A stretch of DNA of 63,014 nt, the filler included. It is 4 parts of 4 records of this genome, joined end to end, with 100 filler letters (N's around TTAATTAATTAA, not from the genome) between each part and the next. Parts side by side here need not be neighbours in the genome. Positions count along the whole stretch, not along the records: positions 41,212 to 51,786 come from SRR20825006_196; positions 51,887 to 63,014 come from SRR20825006_202; 2 more parts are not named here. One strand, 5' to 3'. Under the pieces are notes generated by a model, which saw only the letters and a program-made list of their open reading frames with translations, was not told the DNA's origin and did not search any database. Shown here one piece after another: positions 47,725 to 58,058 of this stretch (its first letter is position 1; every line of letters begins with the position of its first letter). The position numbers and the translations under genes are program-made.

Positions 47725-50166
47725 ATGATTGGATTTTATAAAAATTGCATACGGATTATTTTCTTTTTTATCAGTATTTCAGCAGTTGCGCAATTTTCTG
47801 TTTCAGGAAAAGTTGTTTCTGAAATAGGGAATAAGCCTATTGCATATGCCGAAATTTATATTATTTCCATAGGAAAATCTACCATTGCAGATGCTTCTGG
47901 GAATTATGAATTCACAAAGATTCCTACTGGAACTTATGAATTTGCCATTTTCAATATGGAATATGAAGTCTTGAAAAAGAATTTAACAATATCGCAAAAC
48001 ACAACACTAAATTTTGAATTGAAACTTTTAGGCGAGCAACTTTCTGAAGTAGTTATTACAAAAAGGAAAGAAGAAATTTTTGCAATTCGAAGTTTAAAAC
48101 AAGTAGAAGGCACCGCTATTTACGCAGGAAAAAAGAGCGAAGTTGTGATGATGGATAATCTTACAACAAACACGGCTACAAATAATGCGCGTCAAATTTA
48201 TGCGCAAGTAGTGGGCTTAAATATTTATGAAAATAACGATGGCGGTTTACAGCTTAATATTGGCGGTCGTGGATTGAACCCGAATAGGACTTCAAATTTT
48301 AACACACGCCAAAATGGATACGATATTTCGGCAGATGTTTTGGGTTATCCGGAGAGTTATTACACCCCTCCAGCCGATGCAATTAGCGAGATTGAAGTGG
48401 TTCGTGGCGCGGCTTCACTGCAATATGGAACACAATTTGGTGGCCTTATAAATTTTAAATTAAAAGAACCGAATAAAAACAAAAAGATTGAGTTGATTTC
48501 ACGTCAGTCGTTGGGTTCGTATGAGCTTTACAACAGTTTTAATAGTTTAAGCGGAACGGTTGGAAAAGTTGGTTATTACGCCTATTACAATTATAAAACG
48601 GGTAAAGATTTTCGTCCAAACTCACAATTTGATTCACATAATGCGTATGCACATATAGATTATAGTTTTTCTGAAGCTACAAAAATTGCTTTTGAAATGA
48701 GCTATCTGGATTATTTGGCACAGCAACCTGGTGGCTTAACCGATAAGCTATTTGAAGAAGATCCAACGTTTAGCAATCGTACCCGAAACTGGTTTAAAAT
48801 AGATTGGAAGCTGTATTCATTGCGTTTGGATCATTCTTTTTCTGAAAAAACAGATTTTAGTATAAATTTATTTGCGCTTGATGCTGCTCGAGAATCAGTT
48901 GGTTTTCGTGAAAACCGTGTTTCTCAAGAAGACAATTTGGAGGAACCAAGAGAATTAATTTCAGGAAAATTTAAAAATTGGGGAGCGGAAGTTAGATTGT
49001 TAACGCGCTATACTTTATTCAACAAAGAAAATACAATTCTTTTCGGTGGAAAATACTATCAATCTAACAATAGTGAACGTCAAGGTCCAGGAACCAATGG
49101 GGTTGATGCCGATTTCAGTTTTGCTTCAGAAGAATTTCCTAATTATGCACGCCAAAGCGATTTTACGTTTCCAAACCTAAATTTTGCTCTTTTTGGTGAA
49201 AATATTTTCAATATAACTTCAAAATTTTCAATTACGCCAGGATTTCGTTTCGAATACATAAAAACAAAAAGCGAGGGGGAATACAAAAATATTATACTTG
49301 ATTTGGCTGGGAATCCTATTTTAAATGAAACCCTTACTGATAATCGTGATTTTCCGCGTGCCTTTATGTTATTGGGTGTTGGGTTAAGTTATAAAGCAAC
49401 AAAATATGTAGAGGTTTATGGAAATTTGAGTTTAAATTACCGCTCCGTAACCTTCAATGATATACGTGTGGTTAGCCCAACATTTGTGGTGGATCCAAAT
49501 ATTACGGACGAAAATGGGTTTACATTTGATCTTGGTGCTCGCGGAAGGTTGGGCAAGTATGTTTCGTATGATGTTGGTGGTTTTTTTCTCAGTTATAACA
49601 ACCGTCTAGGTGTTATTGGCCGTGCAGGAAGTATAAATCCGTATGAACGCTTTCGCACCAATATTGGTGATGCCGTAACTTATGGATTGGAAAGCTTTGT
49701 GGATTGGAATATATTAGAAACTTTTAATGGAGGAAACAATTTTAGGCTAAATACCTTTGTGAATCTTGCGTATACTGAAAGCGAATATATTTCTTCAAAA
49801 GAAGAAAATGTAGTTGGAAAGCAAGTTGAGTTTATTCCGAAGATAAATTTAAAAACTGGGTTGCATTTTGGGTATAAAAATTTCTTAGGAAGTTTTCAGT
49901 ATACCTATTTGAGTGAGCAATTTACCGATGCTACAAATGCAGAGCGGGACTTCACCGATCAAAGTGGAATTAAAGGCGAAATACCTGCTTATGATATTTT
50001 AGACCTTTCATTATCATACAGTTTTAGCCGTTTTAAAATTGAAAGCGGAGTAAATAATGTTTTAGATAATAGTTATTTTACTCGTAGAGCTACAGGATAC
50101 CCTGGCCCAGGAATACTCCCTAGCCAACCACGAACATGGTATGCTACGCTACAAATAAAAATTTAA
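47725..50166 (+). CDS. TonB-dependent receptor (FecA-like) with N-terminal carboxypeptidase-regulatory-like domain
   Basis: LSEVVI TonB-box region, IEVVRGAASLQYG plug motif, C-terminal NNVLD..YF beta strand. Confidence 0.93.
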   Translation: MIGFYKNCIRIIFFFISISAVAQFSVSGKVVSEIGNKPIAYAEIYIISIGKSTIADASGNYEFTKIPTGTYEFAIFNMEYEVLKKNLTISQNTTLNFELKLLGEQLSEVVITKRKEEIFAIRSLKQVEGTAIYAGKKSEVVMMDNLTTNTATNNARQIYAQVVGLNIYENNDGGLQLNIGGRGLNPNRTSNFNTRQNGYDISADVLGYPESYYTPPADAISEIEVVRGAASLQYGTQFGGLINFKLKEPNKNKKIELISRQSLGSYELYNSFNSLSGTVGKVGYYAYYNYKTGKDFRPNSQFDSHNAYAHIDYSFSEATKIAFEMSYLDYLAQQPGGLTDKLFEEDPTFSNRTRNWFKIDWKLYSLRLDHSFSEKTDFSINLFALDAARESVGFRENRVSQEDNLEEPRELISGKFKNWGAEVRLLTRYTLFNKENTILFGGKYYQSNNSERQGPGTNGVDADFSFASEEFPNYARQSDFTFPNLNFALFGENIFNITSKFSITPGFRFEYIKTKSEGEYKNIILDLAGNPILNETLTDNRDFPRAFMLLGVGLSYKATKYVEVYGNLSLNYRSVTFNDIRVVSPTFVVDPNITDENGFTFDLGARGRLGKYVSYDVGGFFLSYNNRLGVIGRAGSINPYERFRTNIGDAVTYGLESFVDWNILETFNGGNNFRLNTFVNLAYTESEYISSKEENVVGKQVEFIPKINLKTGLHFGYKNFLGSFQYTYLSEQFTDATNAERDFTDQSGIKGEIPAYDILDLSLSYSFSRFKIESGVNNVLDNSYFTRRATGYPGPGILPSQPRTWYATLQIKI

Positions 50167-50170
50167 AACA

Positions 50171-50419
50171 TTAGGCTGAAGCATTTTGCGGAGCCCAATG
50201 CGAACACAACATTCCAGGAGCTGCTTTTTGCGGATTTGCACATGTTGGTCCTTGGTATCGTGCACAGCTTACACAGTTTGGGTCGTCTTTTAACGCAGCT
50301 TTCATATTAAAACTATCGCATGTATAACTTGTGTCTACTTGTACTCCATGTACTTTGCAAAGTTTGTTTTCAAGTAAATTTTCGCAGTTTATACAACTAT
50401 TTCCTAATCTGATAGACAT
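50171..50419 (-). CDS. Small 8-Cys protein with two CxxC-x7/8-C-x11/12-C repeats
   Basis: 82-aa ORF with internal duplication; convergent with the TonB receptor gene. Confidence 0.7.
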   Translation of the reverse strand: MSIRLGNSCINCENLLENKLCKVHGVQVDTSYTCDSFNMKAALKDDPNCVSCARYQGPTCANPQKAAPGMLCSHWAPQNASA

Positions 50420-50631
50420 AATTTTTTCTTTAAGTTTTCACTAAAATAGCAATTGTTGATTTTGGAAACAATATAAATAGCCGTATACACTGTAATCTAT
50501 GCTTAGATTTAATTAAAATAGTTGCTGTTTATTTAATTTTTATGTGGGCTACATTCTTATTAATTTGTAGTATATTTGCACGCAATTAATCCATAATCAC
50601 TTTCGGAACTCCGTTAGCTAAATTAATTGCA

Positions 50632-51786
50632 ATGACTGCACACAATGACAAAATTCTAGGGGAAGGCCTTACTTACGACGACGTACTTTTAGTGCCTGCC
50701 TATTCAGAAATTTTACCACGCGAAGTTTCTATCGCCACTAAGTTTTCACGAAATATAACACTTAACGTTCCTATTGTTTCCGCAGCAATGGATACAGTTA
50801 CTGAAAGCGCTATGGCTATTGCCATTGCTCGTGAAGGAGGTATTGGTGTGCTTCACAAAAACATGTCTATTGAAGAGCAAGCGGCTGAAGTTCGGAAGGT
50901 GAAACGTGCCGAAAGCGGGATGATTATTGATCCGGTTACACTAAAAAAGGAAAATACTGTTGGAGATGCTCAAAAAACAATGCGTGAATATAGCATTGGT
51001 GGAATTCCTATAATTAATGATGATGGAAAATTAATAGGAATCGTTACAAACCGTGATTTACGTTTTGAAAAAAACCTGCAACGACCATTAATTGAAGTTA
51101 TGACTTCAGAAAATCTGGTTACAGTAGCGCAAGGAACTTCTTTAAAGGAAGCAGAGATAATACTTCAACAGAATAAAATTGAAAAGTTACCTGTAGTAAA
51201 TGACGCTGGGAAATTATTGGGATTAATTACTTTTCGAGATATTACAAAACTTACTCAAAAACCAATTGCCAATAAAGATAAATACGGAAGGCTCCGCGTT
51301 GCTGCTGCACTTGGCGTAACCGCTGATGCTGTAGAAAGAGCTGAAGCGCTCGTTAATGCACAAATAGATGCAGTAATAATTGATACTGCACATGGGCATA
51401 CAAAAGGTGTGGTAGAGGTATTAAAGCAAGTTAAGCATAGATTCCCAGATTTAGACGTTGTCGTTGGAAATATTGCAACTGCAGCTGCTGCCAAGTATCT
51501 TGTTGATGCAGGTGCTGATGCTGTGAAAGTGGGGATAGGGCCTGGTTCTATTTGTACTACACGAGTTGTTGCAGGTGTCGGTTTTCCTCAGTTTTCTGCT
51601 GTGCTTGAAGTGGCAGCAGCTATAAAAGGGAGCGGCGTTCCTGTTATTGCTGACGGTGGAATTCGTTATACTGGCGATATTCCGAAGGCAATTGCAGCTG
51701 GAGCAGATTGTGTGATGCTTGGTTCATTATTGGCTGGCACAAAAGAATCTCCCGGAGAAACTATTATTTACGAAGGAAGAAAGTTT
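50632..51786 (+). CDS. guaB: IMP dehydrogenase, 3' end cut by the gap
   Basis: [11 protein letters not shown] domains, [11 protein letters not shown] and ADGG motifs. Confidence 0.97.
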
Positions 51787-51886
51787 NNNNNNNNNNNNNN
51801 NNNNNNNNNNNNNNNNNNNNNNNNNNNNNNTTAATTAATTAANNNNNNNNNNNNNNNNNNNNNNNNNNNNNNNNNNNNNNNNNNNN
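51787..51886. other. Artificial contig linker
   Basis: N44-TTAATTAATTAA-N44; abrupt GC increase afterwards. Confidence 0.98.
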
Positions 51887-53338
51887 CATCAGGCCGATAT
51901 TGCCTTCCTGAATCAGGTCGAGGAACTGAAGGCCACGATTGGTGTATTTCTTCGCAATCGAAATCACCAGACGGAGATTGGCTTCCACCATTTCCTTCTT
52001 GGCAATGCGGGCTTCGCGTTCGCCCTTCTTGACCATGTGCACAATGCGACGGAATTCGGCAATCGAAATGCCGGTTTCAGTCGCAAGACTCTGAATCTCG
52101 CCCCTTAGAACCTTGATATCGGCACTGTCTTTGCTGGCGAATTCCTTCCAGCCTTTGCCGGAAAGATTCCCGATCGACTTCATCCAGTTCGGGTCCAGTT
52201 CGGCACCGTGATAATGCTCCAGGAAGTCATCGCGCTTGACGCCGCGATGTACGGCAAGACGCAACAGCTTGCCTTCGTTTTCAACGAGACGCTTGTTAAT
52301 GTCGTAAAGCTGCTCCACCAGAAGATCGATACGGTTCTGGTTCAGTGAAAGCGACTTCACCGCCTTGATCAGAGTCTCTTTCAGCTCTTTGTAACGACGC
52401 TCCTGAGCATTGGTCAGCGTGCCGGTCGCAGCCAGACGCGCTTCCACCTGCTGATCCTGAAGTCTACGAAGCTTGACATAAGTCTCAGCAATCAGATCAA
52501 GTGTTTCCATGACCTGAGGGCGCAACTCCGCTTCCATAGCCGCCAGCGATAGGTTGGACTCGTCGTCATCTTCGTCCTCATCGTCTTCGGACATATCCAC
52601 GCCGTCGCCGCCAACATCCGTGACGTCGTCTGAGCGCTTCTTGCGAGCCTGCTCTTTTTCTTCTGCCTTCTTGCGATCAGCTTCGATCTTCTCCGGGCTC
52701 TGGAACTGCGGAGCTGCCTTGGCCTCGGGACCAGAATATGTGGTTTCCAGATCGATAATTTCGCGAAGGAGGGTCGTGCCTTCATTCAACTCGTCACGCC
52801 AGATGATTAGCGCCTGAAAGGTCAGCGGGCTCTCGCAAAGCCCTGCGATCATCGTCTCGCGACCGGACTCGATCCGTTTCGCAATGGCGATTTCGCCTTC
52901 ACGTGAAAGAAGTTCGACTGAACCCATTTCACGTAAATACATACGCACCGGGTCATCGGTCCGATCGGTCGGCTCTTTCTTCTTCGTCTGTGCAACGGCT
53001 GTTCCGGTGGTGGTCGCAACTTCGGTGCTGTCGCTGCCGCCATCTGCGTCACCATCGGATTCGTCGTCCGAACCACTGTCCTGATCGACTTCGTCTTCGT
53101 CCTCGATCACATTGATGCCCATATCGGAGAGCATGGCCATCGTGTCCTCGATCTGCTCGGAAGTAACTTCCGAAGACGGGAGCACTGAGTTCAGCTCATC
53201 CATCGTGACATAGCCGCGCTTCTTGGCAGCTTTGATCATCTTCTTAACGGCATCGTCGGAAAGATCCAGAAGAGGGCCGTCAGTTCCGCCTTCGCGTTCG
53301 GTTTCGGCTTCTTCGTTTTCTTTGACTTTGGTTGCCAT
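51887..53338 (-). CDS. rpoD: RNA polymerase sigma factor RpoD, 3' end cut by the gap
   Basis: [14 protein letters not shown] and [28 protein letters not shown] motifs. Confidence 0.97.
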
Positions 53339-53778
53339 AGATTTCGCTTTCCTGACGCTCTTGCCGCTTTACTTGTGCAAGCGGCTTACCGGCGAAACTT
53401 TAAAAAGACCTTTTCATTCCAGAAAAGGTTTGGTCCGTCCGGCCAAAAACTGCAATTCTGACACACGGAAAACGACATGCCTGAGCTGCCTTGCTCAAGG
53501 ACAACGCCGTGTTAATCGTGAATTTGTGCTGCGCTCTTCCATTCAGACTGGTGATTCCCAGATTTTCATCGTCAGTCAAGCGTCAAATCGTGTTTCAAGC
53601 GATTTACTTTCAAAAATTCGCTTCTCAAGACGCCTGTTTCAATGATCGGACCGATGCAGCCACCTTTTTCGTCCGCGAACCTACAATTTAGAATGCGAAC
53701 GCCCAATTGCAAGTGGCAGCGCAACTGATTCTTTTTTCTCTGTGTTTTCCCGGTCGCATTTGCGGCTCTGCACGATCA

Positions 53779-55728
53779 TTAACCGGCCTTGCCATTGCGA
53801 CCGGACATTACGCCGAAACCGTCAATATCAGCCTCCTGATTCTCTATTCGTGCGATCTCGTTTTGCACGGCGTTCAGTGCCTCGTTCAAAATTGCGAGTC
53901 TTGCCTCATCCATATCTTCGGTTGCCTGAGCCATCTCCTGCTCCACTTCGGATTTTTGCCGCATAAGAGAGCGGGCGCGATTGTGAAAGGACAACCGCTG
54001 ATGAAAAACCTCCCGGATATCTTCCAGCGCAGTATCGGGGCTTGCAAGCCAGGCAACGGCGCGGCCCACGTGACTATAGAAATAGACAATCAATTCCTTG
54101 AATCCGGCATCCTCCAGCTTCTCGCGAAGCCGGGCACGATCTATGCCCGGTCGTGATGCCGCGGACAGGAGCGCTGGCCAAAAGGTTCGCATCTCTGCGC
54201 TTTCGAATGAAAGTGCTGCAATGCTGTCAAAGTCCTCACGCAGAAGATCAGGATGACTTAACAGGCAAAGCGCCATCTGACATTCGCCTAGACTCGGGCG
54301 CGGCCCCGCTCTCATGCTGGCAAAGGGAGAACGGCTCAGCCGGTCAGATGCGGCAATGCGTGCCTGCGCTCCGGAACGCGGGCCGCCACTTCTGTAGGAA
54401 AAATTCCCTTGCCGGTTTTGCATACCGCCTCCACCGCCACGAAAACGCTGGTAAAGCCGGTTTCGAAAATCCTGCTGATAATAACGGCGAACGCTTTCAT
54501 CGCCAATCGTCTGCACCAGGGCATTAATGCGAGCCTCGATTGCTGCGCGTTCCTCCGGCGTCGGATTTTCGCTTGCGCCAAGTTCGCGTTCAAACAGCGT
54601 ATCGGCCAGCGGCCGAGCCTGCTCCAGGACCGCCTGAAAAGCAGAGCGCCCGCCTTCCCGGACCAGATCATCCGGATCCCGCCCTTCGGGCAGATGGGCA
54701 ATTTTCAGTGAGTAGCCGGGCTTGAGCATCGGAAGCGCCACACCCGCTGCCCGCTCGGCTGCGCGCATACCTGCGTTATCACCGTCGAAACACAGAACAG
54801 GCTCGTTGGCTATCCGCCACAGGAGCTTTAGCTGGTTTTCCGTCATCGCCGTGCCAAGTGGTGCAACCGCATTCTCAACACCTGCCTGATGCAAAGCGAT
54901 CACATCCATATAGCCTTCGACAGCAACGATGGTTTTTGCCCCATCAGCCCCGGAAAGCGATTTGCGCGCCCGTGCGAAATTGAACAGAACATTGCTCTTG
55001 TGAAACAGTTCCGTGTCGTTGGAGTTGAGATACTTGGCCAGCGCATCGGAACGCATCGCCCGACCACCAAACGCAATCACCTGCTCGCGCGATGACAGGA
55101 TGGGAAACATGATGCGATCACGGAAACGGTCATAGGAAACAGCGATGTCCTGCCCGTGTACCACAAGGCCGCAGGCCTCGATCTGCTCCTTTTCCACGCC
55201 TTTCGACGCCAGATGTTCCTTGAGTGCATTGCGACTTTCCGGCGCATAGCCGAGGCGAAATGTGTCGATGGTGCGCGCCGTCAGGCCACGTTCGCGCAGA
55301 TAGGCACGTGCGCGTGTTCCGTTGGAAGACTGGAGCTGATCCTGAAAGAACGCAGTCGCCATCTCCATGACATCGGTCAGCGAACGCCGCTTTTCCTCGC
55401 GCCGCTCGGCCTCGGGGTCGCGCGCAGGCATTGGTAACCCGGCCATATCTGCAATACGCTCAACAGCTTCGGGAAAGCTCAATCCATCGAGATCTGTCAG
55501 AAATCGGAAATGATCTCCCGTCACACCACAGCCGAAGCAGTGATAGCGCCCCTTGCGATCTTCACAATGAAAGCTTGGCGTCTTTTCACCATGAAACGGG
55601 CAACAGGCCCAGTAGTCACCGCGTGGCGCATTGGTTTTCCTGCGGTCCCAGGAAACGCGCTGGCCGATCACATCGGAAATCGGCACGCGATCACGGATTT
55701 CATCCAGAAAGGACGGTGGAAAACGCAT
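53779..55728 (-). CDS. dnaG: DNA primase
   Basis: CPFH...CFGC zinc finger, DRFRDRIMFP, EGYMD and FDGD TOPRIM motifs. Confidence 0.97.
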   Translation of the reverse strand: MRFPPSFLDEIRDRVPISDVIGQRVSWDRRKTNAPRGDYWACCPFHGEKTPSFHCEDRKGRYHCFGCGVTGDHFRFLTDLDGLSFPEAVERIADMAGLPMPARDPEAERREEKRRSLTDVMEMATAFFQDQLQSSNGTRARAYLRERGLTARTIDTFRLGYAPESRNALKEHLASKGVEKEQIEACGLVVHGQDIAVSYDRFRDRIMFPILSSREQVIAFGGRAMRSDALAKYLNSNDTELFHKSNVLFNFARARKSLSGADGAKTIVAVEGYMDVIALHQAGVENAVAPLGTAMTENQLKLLWRIANEPVLCFDGDNAGMRAAERAAGVALPMLKPGYSLKIAHLPEGRDPDDLVREGGRSAFQAVLEQARPLADTLFERELGASENPTPEERAAIEARINALVQTIGDESVRRYYQQDFRNRLYQRFRGGGGGMQNRQGNFSYRSGGPRSGAQARIAASDRLSRSPFASMRAGPRPSLGECQMALCLLSHPDLLREDFDSIAALSFESAEMRTFWPALLSAASRPGIDRARLREKLEDAGFKELIVYFYSHVGRAVAWLASPDTALEDIREVFHQRLSFHNRARSLMRQKSEVEQEMAQATEDMDEARLAILNEALNAVQNEIARIENQEADIDGFGVMSGRNGKAG

Positions 55729-55842
55729 CAGTTCCTCGCTTGCGCCGGTAGAGTTGAACCGGCAGGCGTCACATACACCAGCATGGCCGCGAAATGTATA
55801 CTGTTTGCGCGACAGGTGCAGATTTTGGACAGGCGTGCGGAG

Positions 55843-55869
55843 TTATCCGCGATATCACCGTTATCCACA
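55843..55869 (+). promoter_or_regulatory. DnaA box pair upstream of dnaG
   Basis: TTATCCACA (perfect) at 55861-55869 and TTATCCGCG (7/9) at 55843-55851. Confidence 0.5.
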
Positions 55870-55949
55870 GGGACAATTAAAGCTGGGACAACGGCAGAAC
55901 GCAACAGACCGTGACGTGGGTAGAAACGGCTTCCAGGTCGTAAAAAGAC

Positions 55950-56402
55950 CTACTTCAGCATATCCTTGACCACGCCCGAGGCCTTGGAGAAATCCATCTG
56001 ACCGGAATATCGGTCTTTCAGGGTGTTGATGCATTTCCCCATATCGCGAAGGCCCTGCGCTCCCGTTTCTTCCACGACGGAAGCGCACACTTCCCTGATT
56101 TTATCTTCCGGCAGCTGGGCCGGCAGGAATTCACGAATCACAGAAATTTCGGCACGTTCCTGCTCGGCAAGTTCCGGACGACCCTTTTCGTTGTAAAGCT
56201 GAACGGATTCCTTGCGCTGCTGAACCATCTGAATCAGCATACAGGTGATATCTTCATCGCTGACCGGGTCCTTACCGCTTGCACGGTGCGCCAGATCGCG
56301 GTCCTTGATCGCGGCCTGAACGAGACGAAGAGTCGAGAAACGGACAGGATCTTCTTCCTTCGAAGAATCCTTCAGTGCGAGAACGAGTTTATCGCGCAAC
56401 AT
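55950..56402 (-). CDS. GatB/YqeY domain protein
   Basis: STLRL, QRKES, E.AEISVI...LP and DMGK motifs. Confidence 0.9.
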   Translation of the reverse strand: MLRDKLVLALKDSSKEEDPVRFSTLRLVQAAIKDRDLAHRASGKDPVSDEDITCMLIQMVQQRKESVQLYNEKGRPELAEQERAEISVIREFLPAQLPEDKIREVCASVVEETGAQGLRDMGKCINTLKDRYSGQMDFSKASGVVKDMLK

Positions 56403-56556
56403 GAACCTTTAACTCCTGGAAACGCCGTTTTCCTTAAAACCAGACCGACATTCATTCAATGGCGGCGGCGTTTACCGAATCCGGGAACTGCAATCAAACT
56501 AAAAATGAATCTGCATCGAGAATTTCATATATTCGTGCAGTCTGCACCGTGAGCGA

Positions 56557-56585
56557 TTGACCCGCAAGCCGCGTTTGACTATTTT
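56557..56585 (+). promoter_or_regulatory. Sigma70-like promoter for carA
   Basis: TTGACC-N17-TATTTT. Confidence 0.5.
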
Positions 56586-56726
56586 CCCGCAACCGCATGA
56601 CAGACTGGCCGCTCAATACGGCACTTGCCCGGCAAGTGCAAACCCATTTCTGTGGCAGCTATATGGGGTGACTGACGCCGCCCTTCAATCGGCATGGCCC
56701 GCAAGACGAACGACAGAAGGATAGAA

Positions 56727-57935
56727 ATGACAACCCCATCCGCATGGACAACGGAAAAACCGACGGCGGTTTTGGTACTGGCCGACGGCACTGTGATTTA
56801 TGGCAAAGGCGTTGGCGCAACCGGACGCGTTCAGGCGGAAGTCTGCTTCAACACGGCGCTGACCGGTTATCAGGAAATCCTGACTGACCCTTCCTATCTG
56901 GGCCAGATTGTCACCTTCACCTTCCCGCATATCGGCAATATAGGTACCAACAGCGAAGATATCGAAGACCTCACACCAGCGGCCCGCCGCGGCGCAGTTG
57001 GCACCATCTTCAAGGCTGATATCACCAACCCTTCCAACTACCGCTCTGCCGAACATCTCGACCAGTGGCTGAAAGCACGCGGCATTATCGGCCTCTCCGG
57101 CATCGATACCCGTGCCCTGACCGCATGGATCCGCGAAAACGGTGCACCGAACGCGGTCATCGCCCACGATCCGAGTGGCGCGTTCGATCTTGAAACACTG
57201 AAGGCCGAAGCAAAGGCATGGAGCGGACTTGAAGGCCTTGATCTGGCGATCGAAGCAACCTCTGGCCAATCCTCACAGTGGGATCAGAAACCGTGGGTCT
57301 GGAATGAAGGTTATGGCACGCTTTCGCCGGAAGATGCGCAGCATCACATCGTATGTGTCGACTATGGTGTAAAGCGCAACATCCTGCGTCTGTTTTCAGG
57401 CCTTGACTGCAAAGTCACTGTCGTTTCAGCCCAGACATCTGCCGATGATATTCTGGCGCTCGGGCCGGACGGCATTTTCCTCTCCAATGGCCCGGGAGAC
57501 CCCGCAGCGACGGGAAAATACGCGATTCCGGTTATTCAGCAGTTGATTGAAAGTGGAAAACCGGTCTTCGGCATCTGCCTCGGTCACCAGCTTCTCGGTC
57601 TGGCGCTTGGTGCGCATACGACAAAGATGCATCAGGGCCATCACGGTGCCAATCATCCGGTCAAGGATCACACCACCGGCAAGGTTGAAATCGTATCGAT
57701 GAACCATGGCTTTGCGGTCAATGCCGATACGCTGCCCGATGGCGTCGAGGAAACCCATGTTTCGCTGTTCGATGGCTCGAATTGCGGCCTGCGCCTCGCC
57801 GGGCGTCCGGTCTTTTCCGTGCAGCATCACCCGGAAGCGTCGCCGGGCCCGCAGGATAGCCACTACCTGTTCCGCCGCTTCATCAATATGGTGCGCGAAC
57901 AAAAAGGCGAGGCACTTCTGGTTGAGCGCGCCTGA
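56727..57935 (+). CDS. carA: Carbamoyl-phosphate synthase small subunit
   Basis: FNTALTGYQE, SNGPGDP, GICLGHQ and HPE motifs; RBS GAAGGA. Confidence 0.97.
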   Translation: MTTPSAWTTEKPTAVLVLADGTVIYGKGVGATGRVQAEVCFNTALTGYQEILTDPSYLGQIVTFTFPHIGNIGTNSEDIEDLTPAARRGAVGTIFKADITNPSNYRSAEHLDQWLKARGIIGLSGIDTRALTAWIRENGAPNAVIAHDPSGAFDLETLKAEAKAWSGLEGLDLAIEATSGQSSQWDQKPWVWNEGYGTLSPEDAQHHIVCVDYGVKRNILRLFSGLDCKVTVVSAQTSADDILALGPDGIFLSNGPGDPAATGKYAIPVIQQLIESGKPVFGICLGHQLLGLALGAHTTKMHQGHHGANHPVKDHTTGKVEIVSMNHGFAVNADTLPDGVEETHVSLFDGSNCGLRLAGRPVFSVQHHPEASPGPQDSHYLFRRFINMVREQKGEALLVERA

Positions 57936-57964
57936 GATTGCGTTTCCGCATAAGATTTTGATTG

Positions 57965-57991
57965 AAAGGGCGCTTAACGGCGCCCTTTTTT
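57965..57991 (+). terminator. Intrinsic terminator after carA
   Basis: AAAGGGCGC-TTAACG-GCGCCCTTTTTT. Confidence 0.85.
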
Positions 57992-58058
57992 ATGACAGAT
58001 TTCCCAGTTCCTGATTCAGCAGAACCAGCGGTCAGACCGGCCGCGTTCAAATACTCTG

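Noticed and set aside
40668-53338. Truncated dapD, HMG-CoA lyase, guaB and rpoD as pseudogenes
   Set aside because: Truncations coincide with contig ends; no internal stops or frameshifts seen
53339-53778. 440-nt dnaG-rpoD intergenic region as an ncRNA or CtrA-regulated element
   Set aside because: No full TTAA-N7-TTAA site or convincing RNA structure was found by eye; a long rpoD promoter region is sufficient explanation
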